Notes: generated from the sequence alone by a model not told the origin. A stretch of DNA of 64,000 bases from Candidatus Aenigmatarchaeota archaeon (GCA_018920185.1 JAHLMT010000003.1:2055-66054), one strand, 5' to 3'. Shown: positions 1 through 9,642, counted from the stretch's first letter. Made by a program: numbers and translations.

Positions 1-258
1 AACGGGAGGAAATGTAAGTCATTAAAATTGCGAGGATAGTAATAACTCCTGTTAAATTCAGGTTACCATCCATAGGAAATACTTGTGACGATGGGTGAGA
101 TTGAGCTAGAGCCAGCGGTGATAACAAATAAAACCAAATAAGCGGTGAACAGATAAGGAAGAAGTTCAAAAGCTTCAATTTTTTCTTCAAATCTTTAACT
201 AGAAAGCAAAGCTTTGCATTCCCTTGATCTGATAAAAATTTTATTAAACTTGAGTTAG

Positions 259-474
259 TCATCGTTTCAAACCCCTTTTTTCTTTAAGGAGGCATATTTT
301 GGCTCTTCCTACTTCTTGACATTGGATATACCCAGCTTCCTGTAGAGCAAAAACATATCTCGAAGCAGTGTGCCGATGTAAATTTAGACTCTTTGCGATT
401 TCTAGAATAGCTAGTCCATTCGGATGTTTACTAAGGAGTTTGATAATGTTCTCTTTAATATTATTACCTTCCAT
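259..474 (-). CDS. small winged-helix DNA-binding protein (ArsR/MarR-like)
   Basis: 71-aa ORF. LAILEIAKSLNLHRHTASRYVFALQEAGYI reads as helix-turn-helix plus recognition helix, followed by a basic wing. Family assigned by eye only. Confidence 0.55.
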   Translation of the reverse strand: MEGNNIKENIIKLLSKHPNGLAILEIAKSLNLHRHTASRYVFALQEAGYIQCQEVGRAKICLLKEKRGLKR

Positions 475-1112
475 AATGTAGGCCTACGTTTACCAATGAA
501 CAACAAAGACTATCTAAGATTAACTAAGATAGTCAATGTCATACATGGATATACAAAGGAGTACTATGTCGATATTCATTATGTTTTCTGAAATTGCAAA
601 AACTGAAATTAGAAAATTTTTAGAATAAAATGTTTACATGAGAAATTTAAAATGAATCGACAGGAAAAAAGAAGAATTAAGTCGTTTTTAATTGTTTCAT
701 AACTGTAGAAAGATTGAAAATAAAATTCGATGTAAATTTTATCGACTGGGAACGAAACAAGAATGAAACTTCAAATAACAAACTCTTAAGCACAAGAATT
801 TCAGGTAAATTACTGATAGTATGAGATTTGTATGTAGGTATACTAATTTTCAAAATTCACTTCTTTCAAAAAATTCTTTGGAGATAATGAAGTTAATTGA
901 GGGGGTAGCCTGAATTCGATGTCCCCGACAGAAAATCGACTTGAAATGACAGATTTTAAATGGTTTTAGCTTCCGGGAAAACCTTTCTACATCTATCAGC
1001 TTCTCATCTTAATCAAAATCTAAAATTATATTATCGTTTAAAGCAATAGTTTTGCTTCTTCTTTTATGGGTACTTTAGACCGTAATCATCCTTCTATAAA
1101 CTATTTTTATAC

Positions 1113-1706
1113 CTAAAACTTGCACGCAGTCAGGTTCTCGAAAAACTGTATCGATTGTACACCCGGATATCCTTTACCTTGGTAAATTACAGCTGGCACT
1201 TGTGTTATATTCGCTGCCACACATTGCTGAGCTAACTCACCGTCACAACTAAGGTATAGCTTTGTGGCGTAAGACCCACCTAAGAGATTGAATTGTATCA
1301 GTGTAGCAGTTTGATTTGATATACCAGCTATTCTTACATCCTTCGCCGCAAGACAGTCGACAAAATTTCTAATCCTGTTTAACTGTGCTATAGATTGCTC
1401 AACCAAAATCATGTTTTCACTCATAAGCTTGCCATCTTGGGTAATATAGGCTTCCCTGTAAGTTACTCCTCCTGCAACATCTACAGCTTTAAAAAGAACT
1501 TTATACATCCCGCTAACCTGGTCGAGTTTAACCACACTAACGTCTATCCCAGGATTTATGAGCTCATACAGTTTTTCAACTTGTGAAGAAACATCGGGAG
1601 CGAATAAGCTTGTTAAACTTATTGGAGAAAATGTGTCAAAGATAATTCCTAATACAATACCGACAAGAAAAATTCCTAAAATTCCTATCATTCGTTTTGT
1701 AGACAT
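1113..1706 (-). CDS. membrane-anchored protein with thioredoxin-fold-like C-terminal domain lacking CxxC
   Basis: 197-aa ORF with N-terminal TM helix (ILGIFLVGIVLGIIF). The C-terminus FVDCL..YLSCDGELAQQC..ITQVPAV..GKGYPGVQS..LTAC follows the pattern of VKOR-associated Trx-like domains. The expected WCxxC position reads NQTAT. Confidence 0.4.
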   Translation of the reverse strand: MSTKRMIGILGIFLVGIVLGIIFDTFSPISLTSLFAPDVSSQVEKLYELINPGIDVSVVKLDQVSGMYKVLFKAVDVAGGVTYREAYITQDGKLMSENMILVEQSIAQLNRIRNFVDCLAAKDVRIAGISNQTATLIQFNLLGGSYATKLYLSCDGELAQQCVAANITQVPAVIYQGKGYPGVQSIQFFENLTACKF

Positions 1707-1769
1707 CTCATCAATTGTTTGTCAATATAAGTTTATAAGCTTATTTCATTGAAGGACAATTTAAATTTT

Positions 1770-2675
1770 ATGAGAAATCTGATAGGTTTATCTGTTTTTC
1801 TATTTTTAACCCTACTATTTGTTGCCGGGTCGGATGCAATTCCTACCTGTACATTTAAGACAACCTGCGCCACGGGTGAGACTTGTTTGTTTGAAGTGTT
1901 TCAGGAGAACAATACTCATGTGGGTAGCTGCGACTCGCCTTACACGATAAAAGTTTGTTGTACAGAAATAACTTCCGCGGCTATCCGAACATCCTGTGTT
2001 GCAGGTGAGGGTGGTGTGATTTCTATGTATCAAACATACGATTCACATGCAGGAAGCAAAGATTATTACAGTAACGTAGTTTGCGCTAAGACAGCAAATA
2101 ACCCAGTTCTTACAATTATGAGGCCGACTTGTTTAGCAAGAGAAAAATGTGTCGTTTCTGTATATCAGGAGAACAACACACATGTAGGTCATTGTGACTA
2201 TTACAACACCAAGGTATGTATACAAGAAGATTTCAACGTGACAATAACTATGATATTGAATGTTACTGAGCCGAATTGGAATGAAAGTGTCATGTTGTCG
2301 GGTGTGGCAACAAGAGCTGATGGGAGTGCTATCGATACTTCGGGTGACCCAGCAGATGTGGAAGTATATCTAAACGACACATCTCCGCCAAGAAAGATTT
2401 GCACGACAGATACAAACTCTACTGGTGGATACACTTGCAATTTTACAGCACCGTTAGCCCTTGGATCTTACGAGTTAAATGTTACTGTAGACGATCCTAC
2501 AACTGGTAAAACATCGTCAAATACAACTATGTTTACTATAAAACAAAAACTTGGTGAAGCTCCAACTATAGAAAAGACGGCAAAAGACATAGCATGCTTT
2601 GAGGAGCCAAGAGTAGTTCAGAACCCAGATGGAACAATAGAAATTGCAATTGTTAGAATTTGTGTCTGGAAGTAA
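1770..2675 (+). CDS. secreted cysteine-rich triple-repeat protein with C-terminal Ig-like region
   Basis: The ORF track starts at a TTG at 1749; the ATG at 1770 gives MRNLIGLSVFLFLTLLFVAGSDA, a Sec-type signal peptide. Three ~35-49 aa repeats share C..C...V(Y/F)QENNTHVG.CD...KVC. A beta-rich, N-x-S/T-rich tail follows. Confidence 0.6.
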   Translation: MRNLIGLSVFLFLTLLFVAGSDAIPTCTFKTTCATGETCLFEVFQENNTHVGSCDSPYTIKVCCTEITSAAIRTSCVAGEGGVISMYQTYDSHAGSKDYYSNVVCAKTANNPVLTIMRPTCLAREKCVVSVYQENNTHVGHCDYYNTKVCIQEDFNVTITMILNVTEPNWNESVMLSGVATRADGSAIDTSGDPADVEVYLNDTSPPRKICTTDTNSTGGYTCNFTAPLALGSYELNVTVDDPTTGKTSSNTTMFTIKQKLGEAPTIEKTAKDIACFEEPRVVQNPDGTIEIAIVRICVWK

Positions 2676-2701
2676 TTTATTCAAAATAACAAATAAATTA
2701 T

Positions 2702-4486
2702 ATGAAAATCTCACTAGCTATCTTTGTTTTTTCGATTTTTATTTTTTCTAATCTAGCTTCAGCTACCCCGTTTCTACACGATCCAAATCCAGAAAATAAT
2801 TCTTTCATTCCCGGTGGTATCAGAACTTTTTCTATTAATATCACAAGTGAGAACTTGAATTCTAGCTCTGTTCGTTTGTATATAATCTCTTTAAATGCAT
2901 ATCAACAGGGTGAAAATTGGGATGTTCATTCTCTTACTTGTGTGAACACTTCAAACGAATGGAAATGTAGTAAAAGTATTTCATTTGCAATAGCAGGCTC
3001 TGACACAATTGAGTTGTTTTATTTTGAGGCAAATGACACCGATGACACGAAAGGAAATAATGGAACTGTCTCCAATCCTTTACGCTTTACATTAGACAGA
3101 AATCCACCTACCATAGCTTTCGTTAATCCAATAAACAACAGCTATGTAAGTGGCAATGTAACAATAAGAGTAACTGTTACTGATACCTCATCTGGTGTAA
3201 ACAACAATACAGTTCAATATTCGACGGATGCATCAACTTGGAATAGCTTAAGAAATGTTAGTGTGGATTCATTCGAAGCTATCTGGGACACGACCACATT
3301 TGCAAATAATCAGAGTGTTGTTTTATATGCGAGAGCCTCTGATAATGTTGGGAATAATTTTACTTCATGGATTAATGTAACAGTTGATAACGAAATACCA
3401 AGATTAGATATTTTATCTAATTTAACTGGAATACTGGGCGGAAATGTGCAGTTAGAAGTAAATGTAAGCGACGGTTATTCTGGGGTTGATCTGGACAGTG
3501 TTAGATATTCTGTTGATGGTTTAAGTGGTGCATTGGGATGTACAGGAAGCAATTATAGTGCAACATGTAGTGCTGTGATTAACACCGTTAATCTGCAGGA
3601 TGGAAATCACACACTTAGTGTTACAGTAACAGATAGAGCTGGAAACCAGAATTCGTCTTCTATTCAAATTAGAACAAGTAATACCAGACCGGCAATTTCT
3701 ATACTCGAACCTGCAAATAATGCTTTTATTAAAGGGATTGTTTTAGTTAAAACAAGCGTTGTAAATGCTGTTGGACTAGTGACATCTGTAGAATTGTCGT
3801 TTGATGGAATAACAAACAACATGACATGCAACCTGAACTTCACCAGCTGCAATTATTCAATAAACACAAGCTCTCTTGCAGATGGTGGACATACAATAAA
3901 AGTAAAAGCTGTGAACGTCCAGAACTTGGATATTACATCTGGCATTGTAGTTACAATTGACAACACAAATCCTGTAATTACAATAACACATCCTGTTTCA
4001 TCGGTGAAAGACGATTTTGAAATAAAAGCTGATGTAATTGACGGCAATCTTAATCAGAAAAAAGTTACTTTTACACTTTCTTCTTTTGCTGGTAATTTAT
4101 CTTGTACACCACAAACACCTTCTAGATTTATTTGTTCTACTTTCTTCGATTCTAAAAAGTTAAACGATGGGGTGTATAAGCTTACTGTATCAGCTGAAGA
4201 TAAGGCCGGTAATGTGGCAACAGAATCGAAAGAAATAACAATAGCTAATCTCGCTCAAATTGTGGAACAACCTACTGGAGGGCAGATGCCAATCACTGAA
4301 CAAAATGAAACAGAAAAAAGAGAAATTAGCGGGAGGGGACAAAAAGGTTTTCTTGGCATATCTCTTCCGTTTAAAAGTGAAAATATAGTTTTAGGTGTTG
4401 TTGTAATAGCTGTTTTTATGATTGTATTAATTTTAGCTATTGTCGTTAATCAAAAACTAAAGAAATCTATTATTAGAGAGGGATAA
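2702..4486 (+). CDS. surface protein with four or more Ig-like repeats and C-terminal TM anchor
   Basis: 594-aa ORF with signal peptide MKISLAIFVFSIFIFSNLASA. It has repeated ~95-aa units starting N(P/T)P.I..(V/L).P.NN..(V/I).G and containing D.(S/Y)SGV. The C-terminal hydrophobic helix VVVIAVFMIVLILAIVV is followed by basic residues. Confidence 0.7.
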   Translation: MKISLAIFVFSIFIFSNLASATPFLHDPNPENNSFIPGGIRTFSINITSENLNSSSVRLYIISLNAYQQGENWDVHSLTCVNTSNEWKCSKSISFAIAGSDTIELFYFEANDTDDTKGNNGTVSNPLRFTLDRNPPTIAFVNPINNSYVSGNVTIRVTVTDTSSGVNNNTVQYSTDASTWNSLRNVSVDSFEAIWDTTTFANNQSVVLYARASDNVGNNFTSWINVTVDNEIPRLDILSNLTGILGGNVQLEVNVSDGYSGVDLDSVRYSVDGLSGALGCTGSNYSATCSAVINTVNLQDGNHTLSVTVTDRAGNQNSSSIQIRTSNTRPAISILEPANNAFIKGIVLVKTSVVNAVGLVTSVELSFDGITNNMTCNLNFTSCNYSINTSSLADGGHTIKVKAVNVQNLDITSGIVVTIDNTNPVITITHPVSSVKDDFEIKADVIDGNLNQKKVTFTLSSFAGNLSCTPQTPSRFICSTFFDSKKLNDGVYKLTVSAEDKAGNVATESKEITIANLAQIVEQPTGGQMPITEQNETEKREISGRGQKGFLGISLPFKSENIVLGVVVIAVFMIVLILAIVVNQKLKKSIIREG

Positions 4487-4495
4487 TATAAAAAT

Positions 4496-5782
4496 ATGGA
4501 TGTTACCTTTATTGTTTCGGTCTCAATTTTCATACTTTTTATCTCACTTATACTCACGGCCACTATAAATTATTTTACACGAACACCAGAATCAACAACT
4601 GTTCTTGAGTTAAGAGACAAGGTAAAAAATTTATTTGATATTTTCTTCGGTACTAAAGGCATTATAACTGGCGAAAGGGCTACAACAGATTTGTACAGAA
4701 TACCACTTATGTTAGAAGAAAAAAATGGAACTAATAGAACAAATGAAATTGTATCACTTGCTCTAGATTTCGACGAGAGTTGTAAAAAAATTTCTTGGAA
4801 TAATACTGTTCGAGTTTATGACCAGCAATTTGTAGAGTTGCCATCAAGAATTTCTTATCAAGAATTTTGTACAAGCCAGTGGCTTAACAGATCGCTAATA
4901 ACTTTTGTTGTCAACATATCTGCAAACGAGAAGAAAAGAGTTTATGTCTATTCGATAAATAATTCTAACACCACTGCACCGAATCATAGCCTTGATATAA
5001 AAGGTTATTGGGCATTCGACGAAGGAAGTGGAACATTAACAAAAGATTTTTCTGGCAATCAAAATAATGGGACACTGACTAATTTTGATTTTAATGCTTC
5101 ATCAGGATGGTTTAATGGAACAGATTGCAAATATGGAAGCTGTCTGAAGTTTGACGGTGTGAATGATTATGTCAGCGTTTCGAATCCTGTGAATATCCCT
5201 ATCGGAAACTCGCCTTATACAATAGCTTTATGGTTCAAAGCAGATTCAAACGGGGTAAGAGGACTTGTTGGGTGGGGAAATTTTGGAGCTTGGAATCAGG
5301 TAAATGCATTAAGGTTATGGGGGGATAGCTGTCCTAACTTGGGATTTAGACATTATTGGTGGAGTAACGATTTAGATGTCTGTACAAACTATCCTGCTGT
5401 TGGTGGGTGGTCTCATGTCGCTGCTACATTTGATGGTACTACAAGAAGAATTTATTTAAATGGCACGCAAATAGCATCTGATACACCAACTGGACATAAT
5501 GTACCAAATGCTAATAACTTTCGCATAGGATCTACAAATTTAGGTGAATATTTTAATGGAACTATAGACGATGTTAGAATATACGACAGAGCTTTAACAG
5601 CAGATGAGATTAAATCTTTGGCAAATGCTACTCCTCCGACAATTAAAACATTTCCAATCGAGACTATCACAGCAATATCAGCGGAGAAAGTGCAAGAGTT
5701 GACTGGAAGGAATTATCAGGATATTAAAACAATCTTGGGTGGCGACTTTGATTTTAGAATTGAAATAAGGGAAAAACAATGA
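4496..5782 (+). CDS. N-terminally anchored LamG (concanavalin A-like lectin) domain protein
   Basis: 428 aa with an N-terminal hydrophobic helix. Laminin_G_3-type motifs are present: GYWAFDEGSGT..D.SGN.NNGTL, CLKFDGVNDYV, YTIALWFKA, WSHVAATFDG, IYLNG, FNGTIDDVRIYDRALTADEI. Confidence 0.7.
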   Translation: MDVTFIVSVSIFILFISLILTATINYFTRTPESTTVLELRDKVKNLFDIFFGTKGIITGERATTDLYRIPLMLEEKNGTNRTNEIVSLALDFDESCKKISWNNTVRVYDQQFVELPSRISYQEFCTSQWLNRSLITFVVNISANEKKRVYVYSINNSNTTAPNHSLDIKGYWAFDEGSGTLTKDFSGNQNNGTLTNFDFNASSGWFNGTDCKYGSCLKFDGVNDYVSVSNPVNIPIGNSPYTIALWFKADSNGVRGLVGWGNFGAWNQVNALRLWGDSCPNLGFRHYWWSNDLDVCTNYPAVGGWSHVAATFDGTTRRIYLNGTQIASDTPTGHNVPNANNFRIGSTNLGEYFNGTIDDVRIYDRALTADEIKSLANATPPTIKTFPIETITAISAEKVQELTGRNYQDIKTILGGDFDFRIEIREKQ

Positions 5783-6177
5783 AAGGAACTTACTATATGA
5801 TAGAAGCTGTAGTGGCTATATTTTTGGTTGTGAGCATATTTTTGCTTTTATTCTTGACACCAACGAAAAATCCAGAAATAGAAAGAGCTAATATTAAAAA
5901 TGACATCTATAAAGCTTTAGAAATTTTAAACTCAAAAGGTTCTTTAAGAAATCAGACATTAAACAACGATGCAGCTGCAATCAAAAGCGATTTAGAGAGA
6001 TTTCTTCCGATTAATATCCAGTTGAATGTTGCCATTTACAATAGAACTTTTAACAACTTGACAGCTGAACTTACTGAACAATTCACTGACATCATAGGAG
6101 TTAGCTATTATATTGCTGGTGATATTGGAAATTACACACCAAGAGAAATTCGAGTTCATGCATGGGGATTTGAATGA
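5779..6177 (+). CDS. pilin-like protein (class III signal peptide-like N-terminus)
   Basis: 132 aa starting MKG|TYYMIEAVVAIFLVVSIFLLLF. It has a 4-nt overlap with the upstream and downstream genes. Confidence 0.5.
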   Translation: MKGTYYMIEAVVAIFLVVSIFLLLFLTPTKNPEIERANIKNDIYKALEILNSKGSLRNQTLNNDAAAIKSDLERFLPINIQLNVAIYNRTFNNLTAELTEQFTDIIGVSYYIAGDIGNYTPREIRVHAWGFE

Positions 6178-6791
6178 AAGGACAAGTTTTTTTGTTGACA
6201 GCTGGTATAATTATAGCTTTACTTGTTGCATTAAAGGGTTTCGCAGTTGTACAACAAATTTCATCTGAAAGGGAGATTTTGGATATAGCTCTAGAAGATT
6301 TGTTTTTTAAAAATATAGAAACAGAAGTAGAGAGAATAATCGGATTTCTAGCAAATACCCCGAACACTATCTCTGACAATTCGATAGATTTTCTTAATTT
6401 TACTAGAACAGGAAGTGACGGGCATTCATTAGATTTCCGGGCACTATTTGTTGGTACATTATCAAATACAACAAAACAAACGATGAACATAACTGTTTTC
6501 CAATTTTTACGTGAAAATACTCTTAATGTCACAATAAGGCTGGATACAACTCCCGTTCAAACAAATTCAACTTTTCTTGACGATGGTGGTATATGGATTA
6601 ACAATTTCACCTTCACTCCTGGGCAAAAATATAATCTTACTGTATCTCTACCTGATAAAAATTATGAGGAAAATATAACTGTGGAAACAAAAAGTAACAA
6701 AGATACCTATACGGGATTTTTCGATTTAAAGTTAATTAGCATACGGGCAGAACACAGAAGCAAAGTACAGCAAACTATAAAGATAAGTTGA
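6174..6791 (+). CDS. pilin-like protein (class III signal peptide-like N-terminus)
   Basis: 205 aa starting MKG|QVFLLTAGIIIALLVAL. It is translationally coupled to the preceding gene and has an N-glycosylation-sequon-rich beta-type body. Confidence 0.5.
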   Translation: MKGQVFLLTAGIIIALLVALKGFAVVQQISSEREILDIALEDLFFKNIETEVERIIGFLANTPNTISDNSIDFLNFTRTGSDGHSLDFRALFVGTLSNTTKQTMNITVFQFLRENTLNVTIRLDTTPVQTNSTFLDDGGIWINNFTFTPGQKYNLTVSLPDKNYEENITVETKSNKDTYTGFFDLKLISIRAEHRSKVQQTIKIS

Positions 6792-6825
6792 ATGTTTTAT
6801 TTGAAGAAAATCTAAATTAAAATTC

Positions 6826-8337
6826 ATGAGAGGTATCTCACCGCTTGTATCGATGGTGCTGGTTATAGCTTTTGGTTTTACTGTGATGACAATTGTACTG
6901 ACTGTGGTGAACCCTTTGTTGGATAGGGCAAAGGATTCTGGGATAGTTAATGAAGCAACGCAGAACATGCAGTTGCTCGATGCTGCAATAAAAGCCGTTG
7001 CATCTGAAGCAAAAGGATCAAAAAGAACTATTTCTATAAAAATTACAGATGGTGTTTTAAGAACCGATTCTGAAAAAGATTGGGTGTATTTGGACTTTGA
7101 ACCTAGAACAAAAACTGTTTTGGACGGGTTTGTAGGTGATATAAAAATAGAAAGCAGACCTGTGTTTTTAGAATACTTCAACAGATATAAAGATGGTGAT
7201 AATGCAAATGACACTTGGACTGCTGTTAATGGAACGTGGAGTATATCTGGTGGTAGATTTCTTGGAAGAGGTGGAATAGCTTATCATAATGTTGGAAATC
7301 AAGCGGGATTTGACTTAGCTGCAACAGTAGTTCGCTCGTCAGCACCTGATGGACAAGTGTATGTCGTTCCAGGTGATCCTAGGAATTTGGTTTTGTACAT
7401 ACCGTTTGACGGAAATGTGAACACAAGCGAAACAATAGCTTATGACTATTCTGCGTATAAGAATAATGGAACTTTATATAATGGTAGTGTGATTTGTGCT
7501 GGGGGCAATTGCCCTACTTGGGTTGATGGAAAGTTTGGAAAAGCTCTACGGTTTGACGGTGTGGGTGATTATGTAAATTTGGGGACTTCATCAATCCTGG
7601 GTCCTGCCAATGAAATCAGTGTTGCAGCGTGGGTCAAAACTCCAAGCACCATATCGGTCTTAAATAATTACAATCAAATAGTCGCGAGGGGCACTACCGA
7701 TGTTGACGGATACAACTTATATTATTATCACCTCTCTGCAAAATTCGCTTTCATTCTTAAAGTTAATAACACAGGTTGGGGGACTGACTGGGCAATTGGC
7801 ACAACAACACCTCAACCAGACACTTGGTATCATTTGGTTGGAGTGAGGCGCTCTAATGGCTATGTTGAAATTTGGGTCAATGGAGTGATGGAGAGCCAAG
7901 ACACGACAGTTAATTCTGGAGAAATAAATTATTCTACATCTCCTGTAGCGTACATAGGCAGAAAACCTTCGGGAAATTTTTGGAACGGCACGATAGATGA
8001 AGTAATGGTTTTCAACCGTGCCTTATCACCAGATGAAATCAAATTCTTATACGAATCTAGTGTTAAAAAAATAACAACAGCAGGAGAAATTCCAACAATC
8101 TCACCATCTATTACAGGAACTGTGAACACAACTATAGTGTTAGCTTCCCCTGGTTCAAGTTATTTTGATAATGTCAAGCTAAAGTCAGGACCTGCAAAAA
8201 TAAGATTCGTCGCTCCTTACCAAAACATAGACATAGTAAATCAAACGAGATTCGGACCTGGCGATCATAATATTGTTATTAGACATTATGGAACTAATAC
8301 AACAAGCAACAAACCAATGATTGGATTAGAAGAATAA
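6826..8337 (+). CDS. archaeal type IV pilin N-terminus fused to LamG domain (putative adhesive pilin)
   Basis: 503 aa. MRGISPLVSMVLVIAFGFTVMTIVLTV matches the archaeal pilin/archaellin N-terminal pattern (RG-ISPL). LamG motifs are present: ALRFDGVGDYVNLG, EISVAAWVK, WYHLVGVRR, IWVNG, WNGTIDEVMVFNRALSPDEI. Confidence 0.7.
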   Translation: MRGISPLVSMVLVIAFGFTVMTIVLTVVNPLLDRAKDSGIVNEATQNMQLLDAAIKAVASEAKGSKRTISIKITDGVLRTDSEKDWVYLDFEPRTKTVLDGFVGDIKIESRPVFLEYFNRYKDGDNANDTWTAVNGTWSISGGRFLGRGGIAYHNVGNQAGFDLAATVVRSSAPDGQVYVVPGDPRNLVLYIPFDGNVNTSETIAYDYSAYKNNGTLYNGSVICAGGNCPTWVDGKFGKALRFDGVGDYVNLGTSSILGPANEISVAAWVKTPSTISVLNNYNQIVARGTTDVDGYNLYYYHLSAKFAFILKVNNTGWGTDWAIGTTTPQPDTWYHLVGVRRSNGYVEIWVNGVMESQDTTVNSGEINYSTSPVAYIGRKPSGNFWNGTIDEVMVFNRALSPDEIKFLYESSVKKITTAGEIPTISPSITGTVNTTIVLASPGSSYFDNVKLKSGPAKIRFVAPYQNIDIVNQTRFGPGDHNIVIRHYGTNTTSNKPMIGLEE

Positions 8338-8369
8338 GAATATCTTTAATAAAAGCTAAATTTAATATA

Positions 8370-8861
8370 ATGTTAGATTTGTTAAGAAAACAAAAGGAAG
8401 AAAAGATAGTAGAAGTTACTCCGCGGGATGTTCTTTTTGTTGGTTCAGCTATTGAAATTTTGCGTGAGATGAAAGAAAAGGTTGATAGAATTGATTTCCG
8501 TTTACGTGAGCTGGAAAGAAAATTTGATGAGAGAGTATCTGAAAAGGTTCTGAGCGAATCTAAATTTGTACAAGAAATTTCGGGAAGTGAAGAGATAGTC
8601 AACAGAATTGTTGCAGAAGTAAAGAAAGTTGCCCGACCACTGATACCACATAAAGAAAAGATAACCATTGTTGAATCAAAAAGAATCGAACAAATAATTT
8701 CTTTACTGCAAGATCACAGAATGTTATCTTCTTCTCAATTGGCGCAAATGATGGGATTGTCGAGAACAAGATGTAATGAATATTTTAAACAAATGGAAAA
8801 TCTTGGAATTGTTAAAGGAAATGATGTTGGAAAAGAACGATTTTATCAACTTGTAGAATAA
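8370..8861 (+). CDS. coiled-coil protein with C-terminal winged-helix domain (possible locus regulator)
   Basis: 163 aa with a charged helical N-terminal half. The C-terminus LSSSQLAQMMGLSRTRCNEYFKQMENLGIVKG..KERFY is HTH plus wing like. Confidence 0.5.
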   Translation: MLDLLRKQKEEKIVEVTPRDVLFVGSAIEILREMKEKVDRIDFRLRELERKFDERVSEKVLSESKFVQEISGSEEIVNRIVAEVKKVARPLIPHKEKITIVESKRIEQIISLLQDHRMLSSSQLAQMMGLSRTRCNEYFKQMENLGIVKGNDVGKERFYQLVE

Positions 8862-9059
8862 AATTTATTTATGTCAACCATTTCCACTTTTATCGCTTCT
8901 GTTGATGTTGATGATTACAATTGCTTGATGTGAATCTTACATTTCAGAAACATTTACCAGCAAAGGTAATTGAATCTGTTAGTGATATGTAACAATAAGG
9001 AATTCTTGTACAATCAACAGCTACTCTGACTATTTAAAAAAATAAAAAAGAAAAACAAG

Positions 9060-9338
9060 CTATTTCTCAACTAAAGCTTCGTAGCCCACTAGAACTGTTC
9101 CTACTACTGCGAATATCAGCCCGACAACTTCGAAGAGTGAGGCTATTCCACCCCAAATTACAGAACCGAGAAAACCTGCAAGTGTTGTAGCTGCTGATAA
9201 TGTTCCTGCAAATAGGAAGAACACTCCTCCTACTGCGAGCCAGTTCCATCCTTTTCCTTTTTGTTTGGCAAAGGATGCGAGGGCTACTACAACTAGAACA
9301 GCTACCCCGACGTCGAGTAGAGTCGACTCAAATACCAT
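9060..9338 (-). CDS. small membrane protein (about 3 TM)
   Basis: 92-aa ORF made almost entirely of Gly/Ala/Val/Leu-rich hydrophobic helices. No family recognised. Confidence 0.45.
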   Translation of the reverse strand: MVFESTLLDVGVAVLVVVALASFAKQKGKGWNWLAVGGVFFLFAGTLSAATTLAGFLGSVIWGGIASLFEVVGLIFAVVGTVLVGYEALVEK

Positions 9339-9642
9339 ACTTCACCTTATTGAACTTGGTAATTCAACTTTTAAAGCTAATGGTATGTGTAAAAAGAACT
9401 GTTAGAAAGTAGTAAATCTCTAAAAAAGAAAATTAAAAAAAAAGAAAAATTTTCAAATATCTTCTGGTTCTTCTCCCCAAAAAGCATCTTCATCGTCAGA
9501 AAACTCTTCATCAGAATATTCGTCTTCGTCCCATTCACTTTCCATTAGGATTTCACCTGTTATATCTCTTGTGCATAGCAAGTATTTAAATGTTTCTGAT
9601 TTTTCGAGAATTTTATTTTTATAGAAATTCAAATCAATTTAA

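Noticed and set aside
1-73. Possible start of a minus-strand membrane protein (MDGNLNLTGVITILAILMTYISSR...) running off the left edge.
   Set aside because: Only 24 codons are visible, which is not enough to support a call.
8905-9040. TTGATGA and CTGA elements suggesting a box C/D sRNA in the convergent intergenic region.
   Set aside because: The elements are about 120 nt apart, far more than the 50-70 nt of archaeal C/D sRNAs. No C'/D' pair or terminal stem was found.
9453-9545. 30-aa highly acidic mini-ORF on the minus strand (MESEWDEDEYSDEEFSDDEDAFWGEEPEDI).
   Set aside because: It is in frame and has an ATG, but it is far too short and low-complexity to support without conservation or expression data.
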